DNA of 64,000 nucleotides from Thermoplasmatota archaeon (GCA_029939595.1 JAOZSQ010000001.1:261722-325721), one strand, 5' to 3'; positions 1 to 9,936 are shown, counted from the stretch's first letter. Notes: generated by a model from the sequence alone, not told the origin. Numbers and translations: made by a program.

Positions 1-587
1 ATTTCCCAATCTCTGTCATCAATTTTGCTTGTAGAATCAATATTTCTAGCTGTGAAACAGCTTCTATTATAAATATCATTTCCATTATCAGCGTAGGCAT
101 CATAAGTTTTTGTAAAAATGAAAATAAATTTTCCTTGTAAAGCGGTTAATTCAGGGAATCCGTTGGCAGAAATATTTGCTTGCATTGAAGCACCTGCTCC
201 TTTTGCATCGGCTGGTGTCCATAAAAGATCGGACCCAAGATATGAATTGATGCAGTTATCAAAATCAGCAGATTTGTGAGTTGAACTGTCTAAATCATTA
301 ACATCCATCCAAATTGTAACAACTTCATGATTTGGATTAATGTTGTGCCATGCTTTCAATTGGGCTAGTGCATCAGAAAACATATGGACAGTGGTTCCGG
401 TGTCGGCTGCATGATGATAGCAAAACCAATCACCATTTACATCAGAATATCCTAATTTGCTTATATGTAGATCAAATTCTATAGATCTAATCATATGATA
501 AGTTAGTTGATCTGGAATTGATTCATATTTTTGATATGAATTGTGTGAGGATTTTTGAAATACCTCATTATATTTTAAACCCATAAG
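1..587 (-). CDS. PLC-like phosphodiesterase (PI-PLC X-domain-like), truncated by window edge
   Basis: Reverse-strand ORF that is not in the track because it runs off the window. Translation begins MGLKYNEVFQKSSHNSYQ...FDLHI...WFCYHHAADTG. The SHNSY and HH motifs are typical of bacterial PI-PLC-like TIM-barrel phosphodiesterases. A GGAGAA ribosome-binding site lies upstream of the ATG at 587 (reverse complement). Confidence 0.4.
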
Positions 588-689
588 TGAGTTCTCCTAT
601 ATATCTGTTAATGTAATAAAATTAGTTTGTGATTTTTTAAGGCGGGTATTGAATACTTTTTTATTTATGATTGCGATTCGGAGCCGTTT

Positions 690-697
690 TATAAATA
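690..697 (+). promoter_or_regulatory. T4-type late promoter box TATAAATA
   Basis: Exact TATAAATA about 25 nt upstream of the AGGAGG site and ATG of the 720 gene. Confidence 0.4.
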
Positions 698-719
698 TTA
701 TAATATAGGAGGAAGAAAA

Positions 720-1037
720 ATGGAAGAAAAAATGGAAGAGATAAGAAGATTAAATCGCAATGAATTAGATGAAATGGGGAAAAACTTGGATATACAGTAT
801 GATGATATGGTTAGTGATGAATCTGAAGAAAAAGAACATGAGGGTTTGGAAGAATTGTTAGCAGAAATTCAGGGTCATTTGGAAGATATAAAAATAAAAA
901 GTCCTTTAGATATAAAAGAAAAATTTGAATTGGCCAAGTTAATGATGGAGGCAATCAGAGCGGTTTTTGATAATGGGTATAGTGCAATGATAGCTTATAA
1001 TTTAATGGATCTGTTTAGGAAGATGTTAAAGTTATAA
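720..1037 (+). CDS. small acidic hypothetical protein
   Basis: ORF with an AGGAGG site and a late promoter upstream. Product is Glu/Asp-rich and helical, with no recognisable domain. Confidence 0.55.
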   Translation: MEEKMEEIRRLNRNELDEMGKNLDIQYDDMVSDESEEKEHEGLEELLAEIQGHLEDIKIKSPLDIKEKFELAKLMMEAIRAVFDNGYSAMIAYNLMDLFRKMLKL

Positions 1038-1091
1038 CCACCAAATTAGTTCGGACATAAATCTCCTGTTTTTGACGAGGTTTCTAATATT

Positions 1092-1099
1092 TATAAATA
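1092..1099 (+). promoter_or_regulatory. T4-type late promoter box TATAAATA
   Basis: Exact TATAAATA about 30 nt upstream of the 1130 gene, followed by AAGGAGAG. Confidence 0.4.
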
Positions 1100-1129
1100 A
1101 ATAAAAGAAACAATAACAAGGAGAGATTA

Positions 1130-1909
1130 ATGCCTGTTACACAAAAACCGAGTCAATACTTTGGACATCGTAATTTCACAAGAAAATACCTTTTGGCGTT
1201 CATGACAAAAATGAATGATATTTTCATTGAAAGGTATAAAGGAGATGGAACGGTCCACAAGTATATCCGAGTACCCCTTCAATTTGCTCAAGCCAGCGTA
1301 CAATATAAAGCCAGCACTTCACAACAAACCATTAAAACATTTAATGATCTCAAAATTGAGATAGAAAATGTGCTTCCAAGAATGGCTGTTTCATTGACTG
1401 GTCTTGATATAAACACAGCGAAACAGTTAAACAAACATACCAGATTCAAAGGAGCAGCAGCAGAAAACCAAGTTGAAACCATGCCTTCTCCAGTGCCATA
1501 TACCATCTCTTTAGAAGTAACTGCAATCGCAAAATCAATGGATGATATCTTTCAGATCGTTGAACAGGTTATTCCAAGGTTCCGTCCAAGTCAAAATATC
1601 AATGTCAAAAATATAACTGGATATGATTCCGATTCACTAGCAATTACACTTAACAGTTTATCCTTTGATGTTCCAGAAGAATTATCTATGTTTGAGAAAC
1701 GGATGGTAACGGCTACTTTTGATTTTGTTATGGATGCGAATTACTATGCTATCAAGATTAATAAAGGTATTATTAAAACTATACAAACAGATGTTGGTTT
1801 AAAGACTGATGATTCATTTACCAAATTTAACCGATTTGTTTTAACTGGTGAGAATATTGAGACACCCGAAATATTTGATTTAAAGGTGGAGGTGCTACGT
1901 GAGGTTTAA
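1130..1909 (+). CDS. hypothetical late protein (possible neck/tail-completion component)
   Basis: 259-aa ORF with a ribosome-binding site and late promoter. It sits at the head of the packaging/tail operon. No motif was recognised; placement relative to T4 gp15 is by position only. Confidence 0.5.
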   Translation: MPVTQKPSQYFGHRNFTRKYLLAFMTKMNDIFIERYKGDGTVHKYIRVPLQFAQASVQYKASTSQQTIKTFNDLKIEIENVLPRMAVSLTGLDINTAKQLNKHTRFKGAAAENQVETMPSPVPYTISLEVTAIAKSMDDIFQIVEQVIPRFRPSQNINVKNITGYDSDSLAITLNSLSFDVPEELSMFEKRMVTATFDFVMDANYYAIKINKGIIKTIQTDVGLKTDDSFTKFNRFVLTGENIETPEIFDLKVEVLREV

Positions 1910-3107
1910 AGTGTTTTTAGAAAACTATCTTATTGAAGGATTGGGTGCGGTTAAACGGGACTTTTTGAATCCTGGAAAGATAGATAAAGATGATTTGAAA
2001 AGAATTAAGTTAGTAGGAGCCAATAAGGATCTATCAGCCGATTATACTGAATGGTTAGCTAAGTTTCTGGTGGACCAAGGATTTGCTAATTTGGGTAGAG
2101 CCAGTAGAGCGTTATTTACTAAAGATGTTTATGAAAGGATAAGGAATTTTGTTCGCCGGTTTGATGATTTGAGAAAGAAGAAGGCACTTAAAGGTGATCC
2201 TCCACATGGCAAGGAATTGGATGATTTGGAAGATTTTGTTGAACATGTTGAAAAGAAATACTACTCAAAACAAGAAATGAAGGTAAGTCCTAGACTTAGT
2301 AGAGGTCATGATTATGAGCGGGTTTATTTTGATAATGGAATTGAGGTGTTCAAAGTAATGACTCATGCAGCGATTAAAGAGATTGGTTCGGGAACGAAGT
2401 GGTGTATCACTCAAGATGATAAACAATATTGGTTTCAATATACAACAGATGAAGCAAAGTGTTTTTTTGTGATCAGAAATCATAAGTTAAATAGTAATAA
2501 TCCCTATTATAAGTTGGCTGTTGAGGTGACAGATGATGATAATATTTCAAACGTGTGGGATGCAGAGGATAATAATGATGAAATTACACATGACATGATA
2601 TCAAAAGCCTGGAAGATTCCAATGAGAATTTTTGAATGGTTTGATAGTAGTGAATGGGATCAGGATCAGTTAAAAGGGGAATATACTAATTTTGAGAATA
2701 CAATGAATGATGAATCTAATAGATATGAAGAAGAGCAGACTGAATGGTATGAAGAAAAGAAAAAGGAATATATAGAAAATTTTAAAAAAGAGTTAGCAGA
2801 GCCAGAAAAATATGAAGTAGATGAAGAAAGAAAAGAAAAACTTGAAAGGATGATAGAAGATGGATTGGATTGGGGTGATCTTCATGAATTATTGGATGAT
2901 GATGGTGAATATTTTGATGAATATTTTAATTTTGATCCAATGCCGGAACCAGAAGATCATTTAAAATCCTGGTGGGAACATAAAGAGGTTAGTGTTGATT
3001 CATCAATGGGTGATGATTGGATTGAGTATATATATGCTTTGCGAAATTATATAACAGGTGATGCTAGTGAATTTAGCGATTTACCTAATCCATATAATGA
3101 ATTTTAG
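1899..3107 (+). CDS. CTS-tagged cargo protein, 'GSGTKWCIT' domain family, acidic C-terminus
   Basis: N-terminus MRFKVFLENYLIE. Paralog of the 3115 and 32442 genes, sharing LGxVKRDFLNPGKIDKDDL...GSGTKWCITQDD. Start overlaps the previous stop. Confidence 0.7.
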   Translation: MRFKVFLENYLIEGLGAVKRDFLNPGKIDKDDLKRIKLVGANKDLSADYTEWLAKFLVDQGFANLGRASRALFTKDVYERIRNFVRRFDDLRKKKALKGDPPHGKELDDLEDFVEHVEKKYYSKQEMKVSPRLSRGHDYERVYFDNGIEVFKVMTHAAIKEIGSGTKWCITQDDKQYWFQYTTDEAKCFFVIRNHKLNSNNPYYKLAVEVTDDDNISNVWDAEDNNDEITHDMISKAWKIPMRIFEWFDSSEWDQDQLKGEYTNFENTMNDESNRYEEEQTEWYEEKKKEYIENFKKELAEPEKYEVDEERKEKLERMIEDGLDWGDLHELLDDDGEYFDEYFNFDPMPEPEDHLKSWWEHKEVSVDSSMGDDWIEYIYALRNYITGDASEFSDLPNPYNEF

Positions 3108-3114
3108 AGGAGTT

Positions 3115-4545
3115 ATGAGTTTTAAAAAATATATTAATAACCTTCTTAATGAGGGTTTAGGACAAGTAAAACGGGATTTTTTAAATCCTGGAAAGATAGA
3201 TAAAGAGGATCTAAAACGGATCAAGGTAATTGGTGCCAATAAAGATCTAGCTGCTGATTATACCGAATGGTTGGCTAAGTTTTTAGTTGATCAAGGATTT
3301 GCTAACTTGGGAAGAGCTAGAAGAGCTTTATTTACTAAAGATATTTATAATCGGATTAAATCAGTAGTAAAGCGATTTGATGATATGCTCAAGAAAAAGG
3401 CTTCCCGAAGTATTCCATATGGTAAAACTTTAGAGGAGTTGGAAGAAATAGTGGATGATATAGAATTCAAGTATTATTCAAATAAAAAGGCGGATACTAG
3501 TGGTTTATCAAGAGATGAATATGAAGAATATATTAACAATAATAAAGGTATTCAAATATTCAAAGCGATATCTAAAAACGCTATACAGAAATTAGGTTCA
3601 GGAACTCAGTGGTGTATTACGCAGGATGATGATGAGAATTGGAATAATTATACTGGAAATTACTGTTTTTATGTACTTAGAGATCATAGATTAAATAGTA
3701 ACAATCCTTTTTATAAGATAGCCATTCAAGTGGATACTGGTGGCGATATAGAAGATATGTGGGATGCCGAGGATGATAATCTTGGAAGTAGAGGTGTTGA
3801 ACGGTATTTTGAAAGGTTAGAGGGTATTGATGAGAATGATTTTGAATGGTTTGAAAGTGATCGTGATCCTTATGATATAGAAGAAGTTAAAGAACAGTAT
3901 GATTCATTTATAGAAGAACTAGAAAATGCACAAGCCGATTATGAGAGTGAAAAAGAAAGTTGGGCTGAATATAAAGCCGAAGAATATAAAAAGGAAGAGG
4001 AAGAAAAATTAGAAACTTTTAAAACCGATTTGGAAAATTATCCCAAACTAATTAAATTATATGGTCAACTTCGTGATGCTACTGTTAATGGTGAAGATCA
4101 AATGATTTTTCAAAAAACCGATTTGGAGCCGATTATTAAGGAAATCCATGATCTGGAAATTACAGAGGATGACCTTTATAATAGGGGTTGGAAAAATGAA
4201 GGTGATAAATTCATAGATCATGATGGAATGGAATATCCCGATACTCAGCGATCTATATTGATGCGTAAGTTAATTGATTCATCAAAAGAAACTTTGGAGG
4301 AACTTGAAGAAAAAATTGAAGAAGTAGAAGAGAAAATAACAGAAATAGAAGATGATCCAGAAGGTTATTTGGCTAATAAAGAAGAGTGGTTTGAACCTTA
4401 TGAAATTTATAGTCCAACTCCAGGAGAAGAATTGATGACTTGGTGGGTTGAGTATCATGGTCAAACTGAAGATGGTATTAGAGAAGAGACTTGGGAATAC
4501 ATTGAAGGTCAAAGAAATTATCATGATTTTTATAGTCCACATTAA
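3115..4545 (+). CDS. CTS-tagged cargo protein, paralog of 1899 gene
   Basis: The track ORF starts at 3058, but the internal Met at 3115 has a GAGGAG site and aligns with the paralog N-terminus (MSFKKYINNLLNEGLGQVKRDF). Contains GSGTQWCITQDD and a long acidic tail. Confidence 0.65.
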   Translation: MSFKKYINNLLNEGLGQVKRDFLNPGKIDKEDLKRIKVIGANKDLAADYTEWLAKFLVDQGFANLGRARRALFTKDIYNRIKSVVKRFDDMLKKKASRSIPYGKTLEELEEIVDDIEFKYYSNKKADTSGLSRDEYEEYINNNKGIQIFKAISKNAIQKLGSGTQWCITQDDDENWNNYTGNYCFYVLRDHRLNSNNPFYKIAIQVDTGGDIEDMWDAEDDNLGSRGVERYFERLEGIDENDFEWFESDRDPYDIEEVKEQYDSFIEELENAQADYESEKESWAEYKAEEYKKEEEEKLETFKTDLENYPKLIKLYGQLRDATVNGEDQMIFQKTDLEPIIKEIHDLEITEDDLYNRGWKNEGDKFIDHDGMEYPDTQRSILMRKLIDSSKETLEELEEKIEEVEEKITEIEDDPEGYLANKEEWFEPYEIYSPTPGEELMTWWVEYHGQTEDGIREETWEYIEGQRNYHDFYSPH

Positions 4546-4554
4546 GGAGATATT

Positions 4555-5121
4555 ATGACAAAAACGAAACAAGATCCAGCAGAAAAATTACAAAAGATTA
4601 GTGACGCATTTGATGTAGCAAATGAGACTTTATCTGAGATTACTGTTGATGTTGAAAATAGTGAGATTATGCCGGATGATGGTGAGATTGATAAATTTAC
4701 TAGTGAAATGTTTTCTGCGAGTCAGTTAAAAGCCGATTTTATGCTGGTTAGAAACAATTTAATTCAGTTGATTAATGTTGGTCAAACATTATTGAAATCC
4801 GCTCAATTTTTAGATTTGGACGAGTTACCAGCTACTAAAATGGAAGCATTAGCATCTCTTCAACGAGCGGCATCAGATAATTTAAAAACACTGATAACGA
4901 TTTATAAGGATATGCGTGAAATTGAGGTTGGAAAAGGTTCTAATGTTAGGAAAACGGAAACTAAAAATACTTCGGTGTTTATTGGAACAAATCAAAAATT
5001 ATTGGAAGCTTTGAGTGATGTTAAAATAGAGAAACGAGTGCCAATGATAGATGTCAGTGCGATTCAAAAAGAAAGAGAAGCCCAACGCCAAAAGAGAGCA
5101 GTAATAACAACACATGGATAA
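4555..5121 (+). CDS. terS: terminase small subunit (T4 gp16-like)
   Basis: C-terminal region ...IYKDMREIEVGKGSNV...NTSVFIGTNQKLLEALSD... parallels T4 gp16 ...LHKDMKDITSEQVGTKG...NATVFMGSPTELMDEIGD... AAGGAG ribosome-binding site. Confidence 0.5.
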   Translation: MTKTKQDPAEKLQKISDAFDVANETLSEITVDVENSEIMPDDGEIDKFTSEMFSASQLKADFMLVRNNLIQLINVGQTLLKSAQFLDLDELPATKMEALASLQRAASDNLKTLITIYKDMREIEVGKGSNVRKTETKNTSVFIGTNQKLLEALSDVKIEKRVPMIDVSAIQKEREAQRQKRAVITTHG

Positions 5122-5536
5122 TTACGTATATGTGTATTGTGATCCACGAAAAAATGGTGGTTACAAGTATTGTGATTATGAATTTGAATGTGAACCTTTC
5201 TATGTGGGAAGAGGCATAAAAGATCGGTGTGGAGATCATCTTCAAGAAGCCATTCTTCATGAAAAACCGAGGGGAAATATTGTAAAATTTAATATTATTA
5301 AAGAGATATTAAATGAGAATTCCAATCCGATTATCAAGTTTGTTGCGAATGAAATCAGTTTGGAAGAATCTTTGTTTTTGGAAATGTGTATGATAAAGAT
5401 TATAGGAAGACAGGATAAGAATGAAGGTCCGCTGACCAATCTTACTGATGGAAGCCGGATGAAAACGGGTTATAAGAATATATTGTCTTTGGTTTCCAAG
5501 TATTATTTTGAGGAAAGAGAACGTGATTACATTTAA
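5114..5536 (+). CDS. GIY-YIG family nuclease (Seg-like homing endonuclease candidate)
   Basis: N-terminus NYVYVYCDPRKNGG...PFYVGRGIKDRCGDH matches the GIY...YIG...R...H motif spacing. Inserted between terS and terL. Confidence 0.5.
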   Translation: MDNYVYVYCDPRKNGGYKYCDYEFECEPFYVGRGIKDRCGDHLQEAILHEKPRGNIVKFNIIKEILNENSNPIIKFVANEISLEESLFLEMCMIKIIGRQDKNEGPLTNLTDGSRMKTGYKNILSLVSKYYFEERERDYI

Positions 5537-6866
5537 ACAATTTTTATCAGAAGCTTTAGATCCAGAAAAGCTATACCAGAAGTATTATTCTGATATGGAC
5601 AAGACCGATTTCTATACCATCATGGAACTTGATCCAACCATTATTTCCAAACGAGGTAAGATACGCAAGGTTGGGAAGTATGTTAAGTTTATTATGAATT
5701 GGTATAAGAAGTTTCCTGGTTGCATTCATGAGGATTTGAATGGTGCTTTAACTTATTTTATTGATAATCAATCCGAATTTAAGCCGATTGAGCGGTATAA
5801 GGATTGTGGCAGTTTTGTAGATGATGTCAATTTAAAAAAAGAAACAATGAAAATGTTAGAGAAAAGCAATCCTATTATCCATGAAACCAGTAATTGGAAA
5901 ATAAGAGAGTTAAACACAGAGCATGGTTCGCAGTATTTTGGTGCGGATAGGGGTTGGTGTACTGCTAATAGGGAAAATTGTTATTTTGAGAGATATAAAG
6001 AAAGTGGAAATCTCTATGTTTTTTATCAAAAACCAAAAGAGAAACCTTATGCACAGTTGTTTATTGATGCTTCTTCAAAAGAATCTGAATTTATGTTTCC
6101 GTATAATGAAGCAGCCGATATTGATGAATTTATAAAGGAAACGAGAGAATTGAAATCTTGGTTTAAAAAAATTGGTTTAGAAGAATTTAATGGAATGAAG
6201 TTTAGAGGACGTAAATTAAAATATGAAGTTGAAGATAATGTTATTGTTTTTGAAAGTTTGTCTTTAGAAGATTTAAATTTGAGTTCGTTGGAGGAGTTTG
6301 TTGATGAGCTTCCTTTTGGATTAAAACAATATAAAATTATTAGTGGTTTTTATTGTGATAATAATAAGTTAACATCATTAGAAGGTGCGCCAAAATCGGT
6401 TGGTGGAAGTTTTAGTTGTTCGCATAATAATTTAATATCATTAGAAGGTGCGCCAGAAGAAATTGATGAATATTTTAATTGTGGTGATAATAATTTACCA
6501 TCATTAAAAGGTGCGCCAAGAAAAGTTGGAGATCATTTTTATTGTTGGGAAAATAGATTAACAACATTAGAAGGTGCGCCAGAATATGTTGGAGGCAATT
6601 TTAATTGTTCTACTAATATGTTGACATCATTAGAAGGTGCGCCAAGAAAGATTGGTGGTGAATTTGAATGTGATCGTAATAATATTAGAACTTTAGAAGG
6701 AGGACCAGAATATGTTGAAAAAGATTTTAATTGTTCAGCAAGTGGATTGCATTCTTTTAAAGGAGCACCAAAATACGTTGGTAAGAATTTTAAATGTTTT
6801 GGTAATCCAATGTTACCACCAGATGAAGTACCGGATACAAAGATAGGAGGAATGTTAGTTAGATGA
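5523..6866 (+). CDS. CTS-tagged cargo protein with C-terminal 22-aa LRR-like tandem repeats
   Basis: A GTG start at 5523 (VITFKQFLSEALDPEK) aligns with the ATG of the 6863 paralog; the track uses TTG 5508. Contains GADRGWCTA and then about 7 repeats of F-x-C-x-x-N-x-L-T-S-L-E-G-A-P-x-x-V-G-G. Confidence 0.6.
   Translation: MITFKQFLSEALDPEKLYQKYYSDMDKTDFYTIMELDPTIISKRGKIRKVGKYVKFIMNWYKKFPGCIHEDLNGALTYFIDNQSEFKPIERYKDCGSFVDDVNLKKETMKMLEKSNPIIHETSNWKIRELNTEHGSQYFGADRGWCTANRENCYFERYKESGNLYVFYQKPKEKPYAQLFIDASSKESEFMFPYNEAADIDEFIKETRELKSWFKKIGLEEFNGMKFRGRKLKYEVEDNVIVFESLSLEDLNLSSLEEFVDELPFGLKQYKIISGFYCDNNKLTSLEGAPKSVGGSFSCSHNNLISLEGAPEEIDEYFNCGDNNLPSLKGAPRKVGDHFYCWENRLTTLEGAPEYVGGNFNCSTNMLTSLEGAPRKIGGEFECDRNNIRTLEGGPEYVEKDFNCSASGLHSFKGAPKYVGKNFKCFGNPMLPPDEVPDTKIGGMLVR
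6343..6806 (+). repeat. ~66-bp tandem coding repeats (about 7 copies) encoding the LRR-like units
   Basis: The recurring string cattagaaggtgcgccaa appears with a 66-nt period. Confidence 0.7.
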
Positions 6867-8206
6867 TTACATTTAAACAATTTTTATCAGAAGCTTTAGA
6901 TCCAGAAAAGATACATCAAAAGTATTATTCTGATATAGATAAGACTGATTTCTATACTATACTCAATCTTGATCCGACAACCATTTCTAAGAGAGGTAAG
7001 GTACGTAAGGTTGGGAAGTATGTTAAGTTTATCATGAACTGGTATAAGAAGTTTCCTGGTTGCATTCATGAGGATTTGAATGGTGCTTTAACTTATTTTA
7101 TTGATAATCAATCCGAATTTAAGCCGATTGAGCAGTATAAAGATTGTGGTAAGTTTGTTGATGCTGTTAATTTGGAAAGAGAAAGAAAAGAAAAATTGGA
7201 AAAAGATAATCCGATTGTTGAGGAAACCAAGAATTGGTTGATAAGGGAATTAAATACTGAAGAGGGTTCACAGCATTTTGGTGCGGATAGAGGTTGGTGT
7301 ACAGCTAGTAAGGATGATTGTTATTTTGGTAGTTATAAAAAGAAGGGAAATCTCTATATATTTTATCAGAAACCAGAAGAAAAACCTCATGCTCAGTTGT
7401 TTGTTAATAAGAATGGTGAAACCGAATTTATGTTTCCTTATAATGAAGCGGCTGACGTTGATCAGTTTATGGATGAAACTGAAGAATTGGTGCCTTGGAT
7501 GAAATCGGTTGGTGTGGATTATTTTGATGGAATTAAGTTTGGAGGTCGTAAGTTTAAATATGAAATTAGAGACAATGTTGTTGTTTTTACAGGTATGTTG
7601 GATCTTTCTGATTTGGATTTAAATTCATTAATGGAGTTTGTTGAAGAATTGCCATTTGGTTTGAAAGAATATTCAACAGACCAATTTAATTGTAGTGATA
7701 ACAATTTGACTTCTTTAGAAGGGGCACCAATATCTTCAAATGGATTTCAGTGTGACAAAAATAATTTAACATCATTAGATGGTTTACCAGATATAAGAGA
7801 GTTTTTTTCTTGTGACCATAATAAATTAACTTCTTTAGAAGGTGGTCCAAAAAATGTTGATGGTTTTTATACTTGTTCTCATAATAATTTGAAAACATTG
7901 AAGGGAGCACCAGTTACCGTTGGGGGTGTGTTTATGTGTAGTAAAAATACTGATTTAATTTCGTTGGAAGGCGGACCACAAATAGTTAATTTTAATTATG
8001 ATTGTAATACATGTAATTTGGAATCTTTAAAAGGTGCTCCTTCACATGTTGGTGGGTCTTTTAATTGTAAAGTTAATAAAATAACCTCATTAGAGGGCAT
8101 TCCAAAAGTAGTTAATGGAGATTTTTTAATTAGTTATAATCCAAGAACTTTTACCAATGAAGATCTTGAAGCATTATGTGATATAGGAGGATTGAAGTAC
8201 GTATAA
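6863..8206 (+). CDS. CTS-tagged LRR-like cargo protein, tandem paralog of 5523 gene
   Basis: MITFKQFLSEALDPEK. About 120 nt (7010-7140) are identical to 5671-5800. C-terminal repeats N-N-L-T-S-L-E/D-G-x-P. Confidence 0.7.
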   Translation: MITFKQFLSEALDPEKIHQKYYSDIDKTDFYTILNLDPTTISKRGKVRKVGKYVKFIMNWYKKFPGCIHEDLNGALTYFIDNQSEFKPIEQYKDCGKFVDAVNLERERKEKLEKDNPIVEETKNWLIRELNTEEGSQHFGADRGWCTASKDDCYFGSYKKKGNLYIFYQKPEEKPHAQLFVNKNGETEFMFPYNEAADVDQFMDETEELVPWMKSVGVDYFDGIKFGGRKFKYEIRDNVVVFTGMLDLSDLDLNSLMEFVEELPFGLKEYSTDQFNCSDNNLTSLEGAPISSNGFQCDKNNLTSLDGLPDIREFFSCDHNKLTSLEGGPKNVDGFYTCSHNNLKTLKGAPVTVGGVFMCSKNTDLISLEGGPQIVNFNYDCNTCNLESLKGAPSHVGGSFNCKVNKITSLEGIPKVVNGDFLISYNPRTFTNEDLEALCDIGGLKYV

Positions 8207-9936
8207 TGGAAGAATTATCTGATTTTGTTAGAGATGCGAATGGGAAAGTGATAAGATATCATGATAACACAAATTTGCGTCCAGCGCATTGCCCACTTGA
8301 ATTATCAAAAGAGCATGTTGCTGAGTTTACAAGATGTAAAAATGATGTTTTTTATTTTGCCGAACATTATTATAAGATTGTTGAATTGGATTATGGATTG
8401 CGTAATATCCGGCTCCGAAACTATCAAAAAGAGATAATGGAAAAGATAGATGCGTTCAGATTTAACATCTTAAATATGCCTCGCCAATCAGGTAAGTCAA
8501 CCATTTTTCAAACATGGTTAACACATTATATTTTGTTTAATTCTCATAAGAGTGTGGCTATTCTTGCCAATAAACGAGACAATGCCCAGGATATGCTTAA
8601 AAAGGTTAAATTGGCTTATGAAAACTTACCCAAATGGATGCAGCAAGGTGTAACAGAATGGAATTTGGGAAGAATTGAATTGGAAAATGGAAGTATTGTT
8701 TATGCATCATCCACTGCTAGTAGTTCTATCCGATCAAAGTCTATTAATATATTGATTTTGGATGAGGTAGCGTTTATTCATGAAAATATGTGGGATGCTT
8801 TTTATAGTTCAACTTATCCTGCGATCACTGCCAGTAAGACTTCCAAGGTGATTATGGTGTCAACTCCAAATGGAATAAATCAGTTTTTTCAACTTTGGGA
8901 GAAAGCCGTTGCTTGTGAAAGCGAGTATATTCCAACCCGAATTTATTGGTGGGATACACCTGGAAGGGATGAAGATTTTAAAGAAGAGATTATTGCTAAT
9001 TTTGGTATAGAGAAATGGCGACAAGAATATGAATGTAATTTCTATACCACATCCAACACATTACTCCAACCGGACAAAATCAAAGAGTTAGCCAAGTTTG
9101 CCAAACCAGGAATTAAGTCAAAATTACATAAGGCATTTGAGAAGATTCAGAAAGGATTTGAGGAACATTTAAGAGTTTTTCAGAATCCAAAGTCACATCA
9201 TGAATACGCTATAGGAGTTGATTCAGCAAAAATGACACCTGATTCCAAAGGAGATGCTATTTGTGTTCAAGTGTTAGATGTAACGAAGTTGCCATTTAAG
9301 CAAGTTGCCACATTTTATGTTTCGGAGGGTTTTTATTATATGAATACACCTGAGTTGGTTGATATGTTGGGTAGGTTTTATAATAATGCGTTGGTATATG
9401 TTGAGAATAATGATGGGTCTGGTTCTGAGATAGCGGGAGTGTTGTTTTTGGATTATGAGTATGAAAATTTATATTTTGGGAAGTTGCATATTCCAGGTTA
9501 CAAGCAAACCAGCCAAACCAAGAAGTTAGGAATACAGAATTTAAGAACATATGTAGAGAAAAATAAGTTGCATATATATGATATTGTAACGATTAGTCAA
9601 TTTTCTTATTTTGTGAAGTATAGGGATACTTATAAGGCTCAAAAGGATTATCATGATGATGCTATCTTGGCTTTAATTCATGCTTTATACTTTTTACAAT
9701 TGAGTGAATATGTGGATAGCAAAGCCGATTTGATTGATGCTGTGATGAAGGATGATAAGTATTTGATGAATAAGAAGTTAGTTAGTACGGATGGAGCAAT
9801 GGCACCTTCTGATATGTTTGGAGGTGAGAGTGACGACAGACCAGGATTATTTGATGAGTATGATGATTATGATGTTCCTTCTGCTGGTTTTTTAGATGAT
9901 GAATTAGTAGATGATGGGGGTTGGATGACAAGATGA
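8206..9936 (+). CDS. terL: terminase large subunit (T4 gp17-like), ATPase plus nuclease
   Basis: Walker A MPRQSGKST, Walker B ILILDEVAF, and a C-terminal RNase-H-like nuclease region (GVDSAK...DAICVQVLD). 576 aa. Confidence 0.9.
   Translation: MEELSDFVRDANGKVIRYHDNTNLRPAHCPLELSKEHVAEFTRCKNDVFYFAEHYYKIVELDYGLRNIRLRNYQKEIMEKIDAFRFNILNMPRQSGKSTIFQTWLTHYILFNSHKSVAILANKRDNAQDMLKKVKLAYENLPKWMQQGVTEWNLGRIELENGSIVYASSTASSSIRSKSINILILDEVAFIHENMWDAFYSSTYPAITASKTSKVIMVSTPNGINQFFQLWEKAVACESEYIPTRIYWWDTPGRDEDFKEEIIANFGIEKWRQEYECNFYTTSNTLLQPDKIKELAKFAKPGIKSKLHKAFEKIQKGFEEHLRVFQNPKSHHEYAIGVDSAKMTPDSKGDAICVQVLDVTKLPFKQVATFYVSEGFYYMNTPELVDMLGRFYNNALVYVENNDGSGSEIAGVLFLDYEYENLYFGKLHIPGYKQTSQTKKLGIQNLRTYVEKNKLHIYDIVTISQFSYFVKYRDTYKAQKDYHDDAILALIHALYFLQLSEYVDSKADLIDAVMKDDKYLMNKKLVSTDGAMAPSDMFGGESDDRPGLFDEYDDYDVPSAGFLDDELVDDGGWMTR

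Noticed and set aside
3058-3114. Longer N-terminal extension of the 3058 ORF (MMLVNLAIYLIHIMNFRGV)
   Set aside because: It overlaps the preceding gene and has no ribosome-binding site. The Met at 3115 has a GAGGAG site and aligns with the paralog N-termini. The same reasoning was used to trim the 5508, 9921, 16936, 19151, 19552, 24650, 26241, 26726, 27637, 29657, 35697 and 36727 track ORFs to their internal starts.
6343-6806. Regular 66-bp tandem repeats that at first resemble a CRISPR-like array
   Set aside because: They lie in frame inside a long ORF and encode LRR-like protein units. There are no unique spacers and no cas genes.
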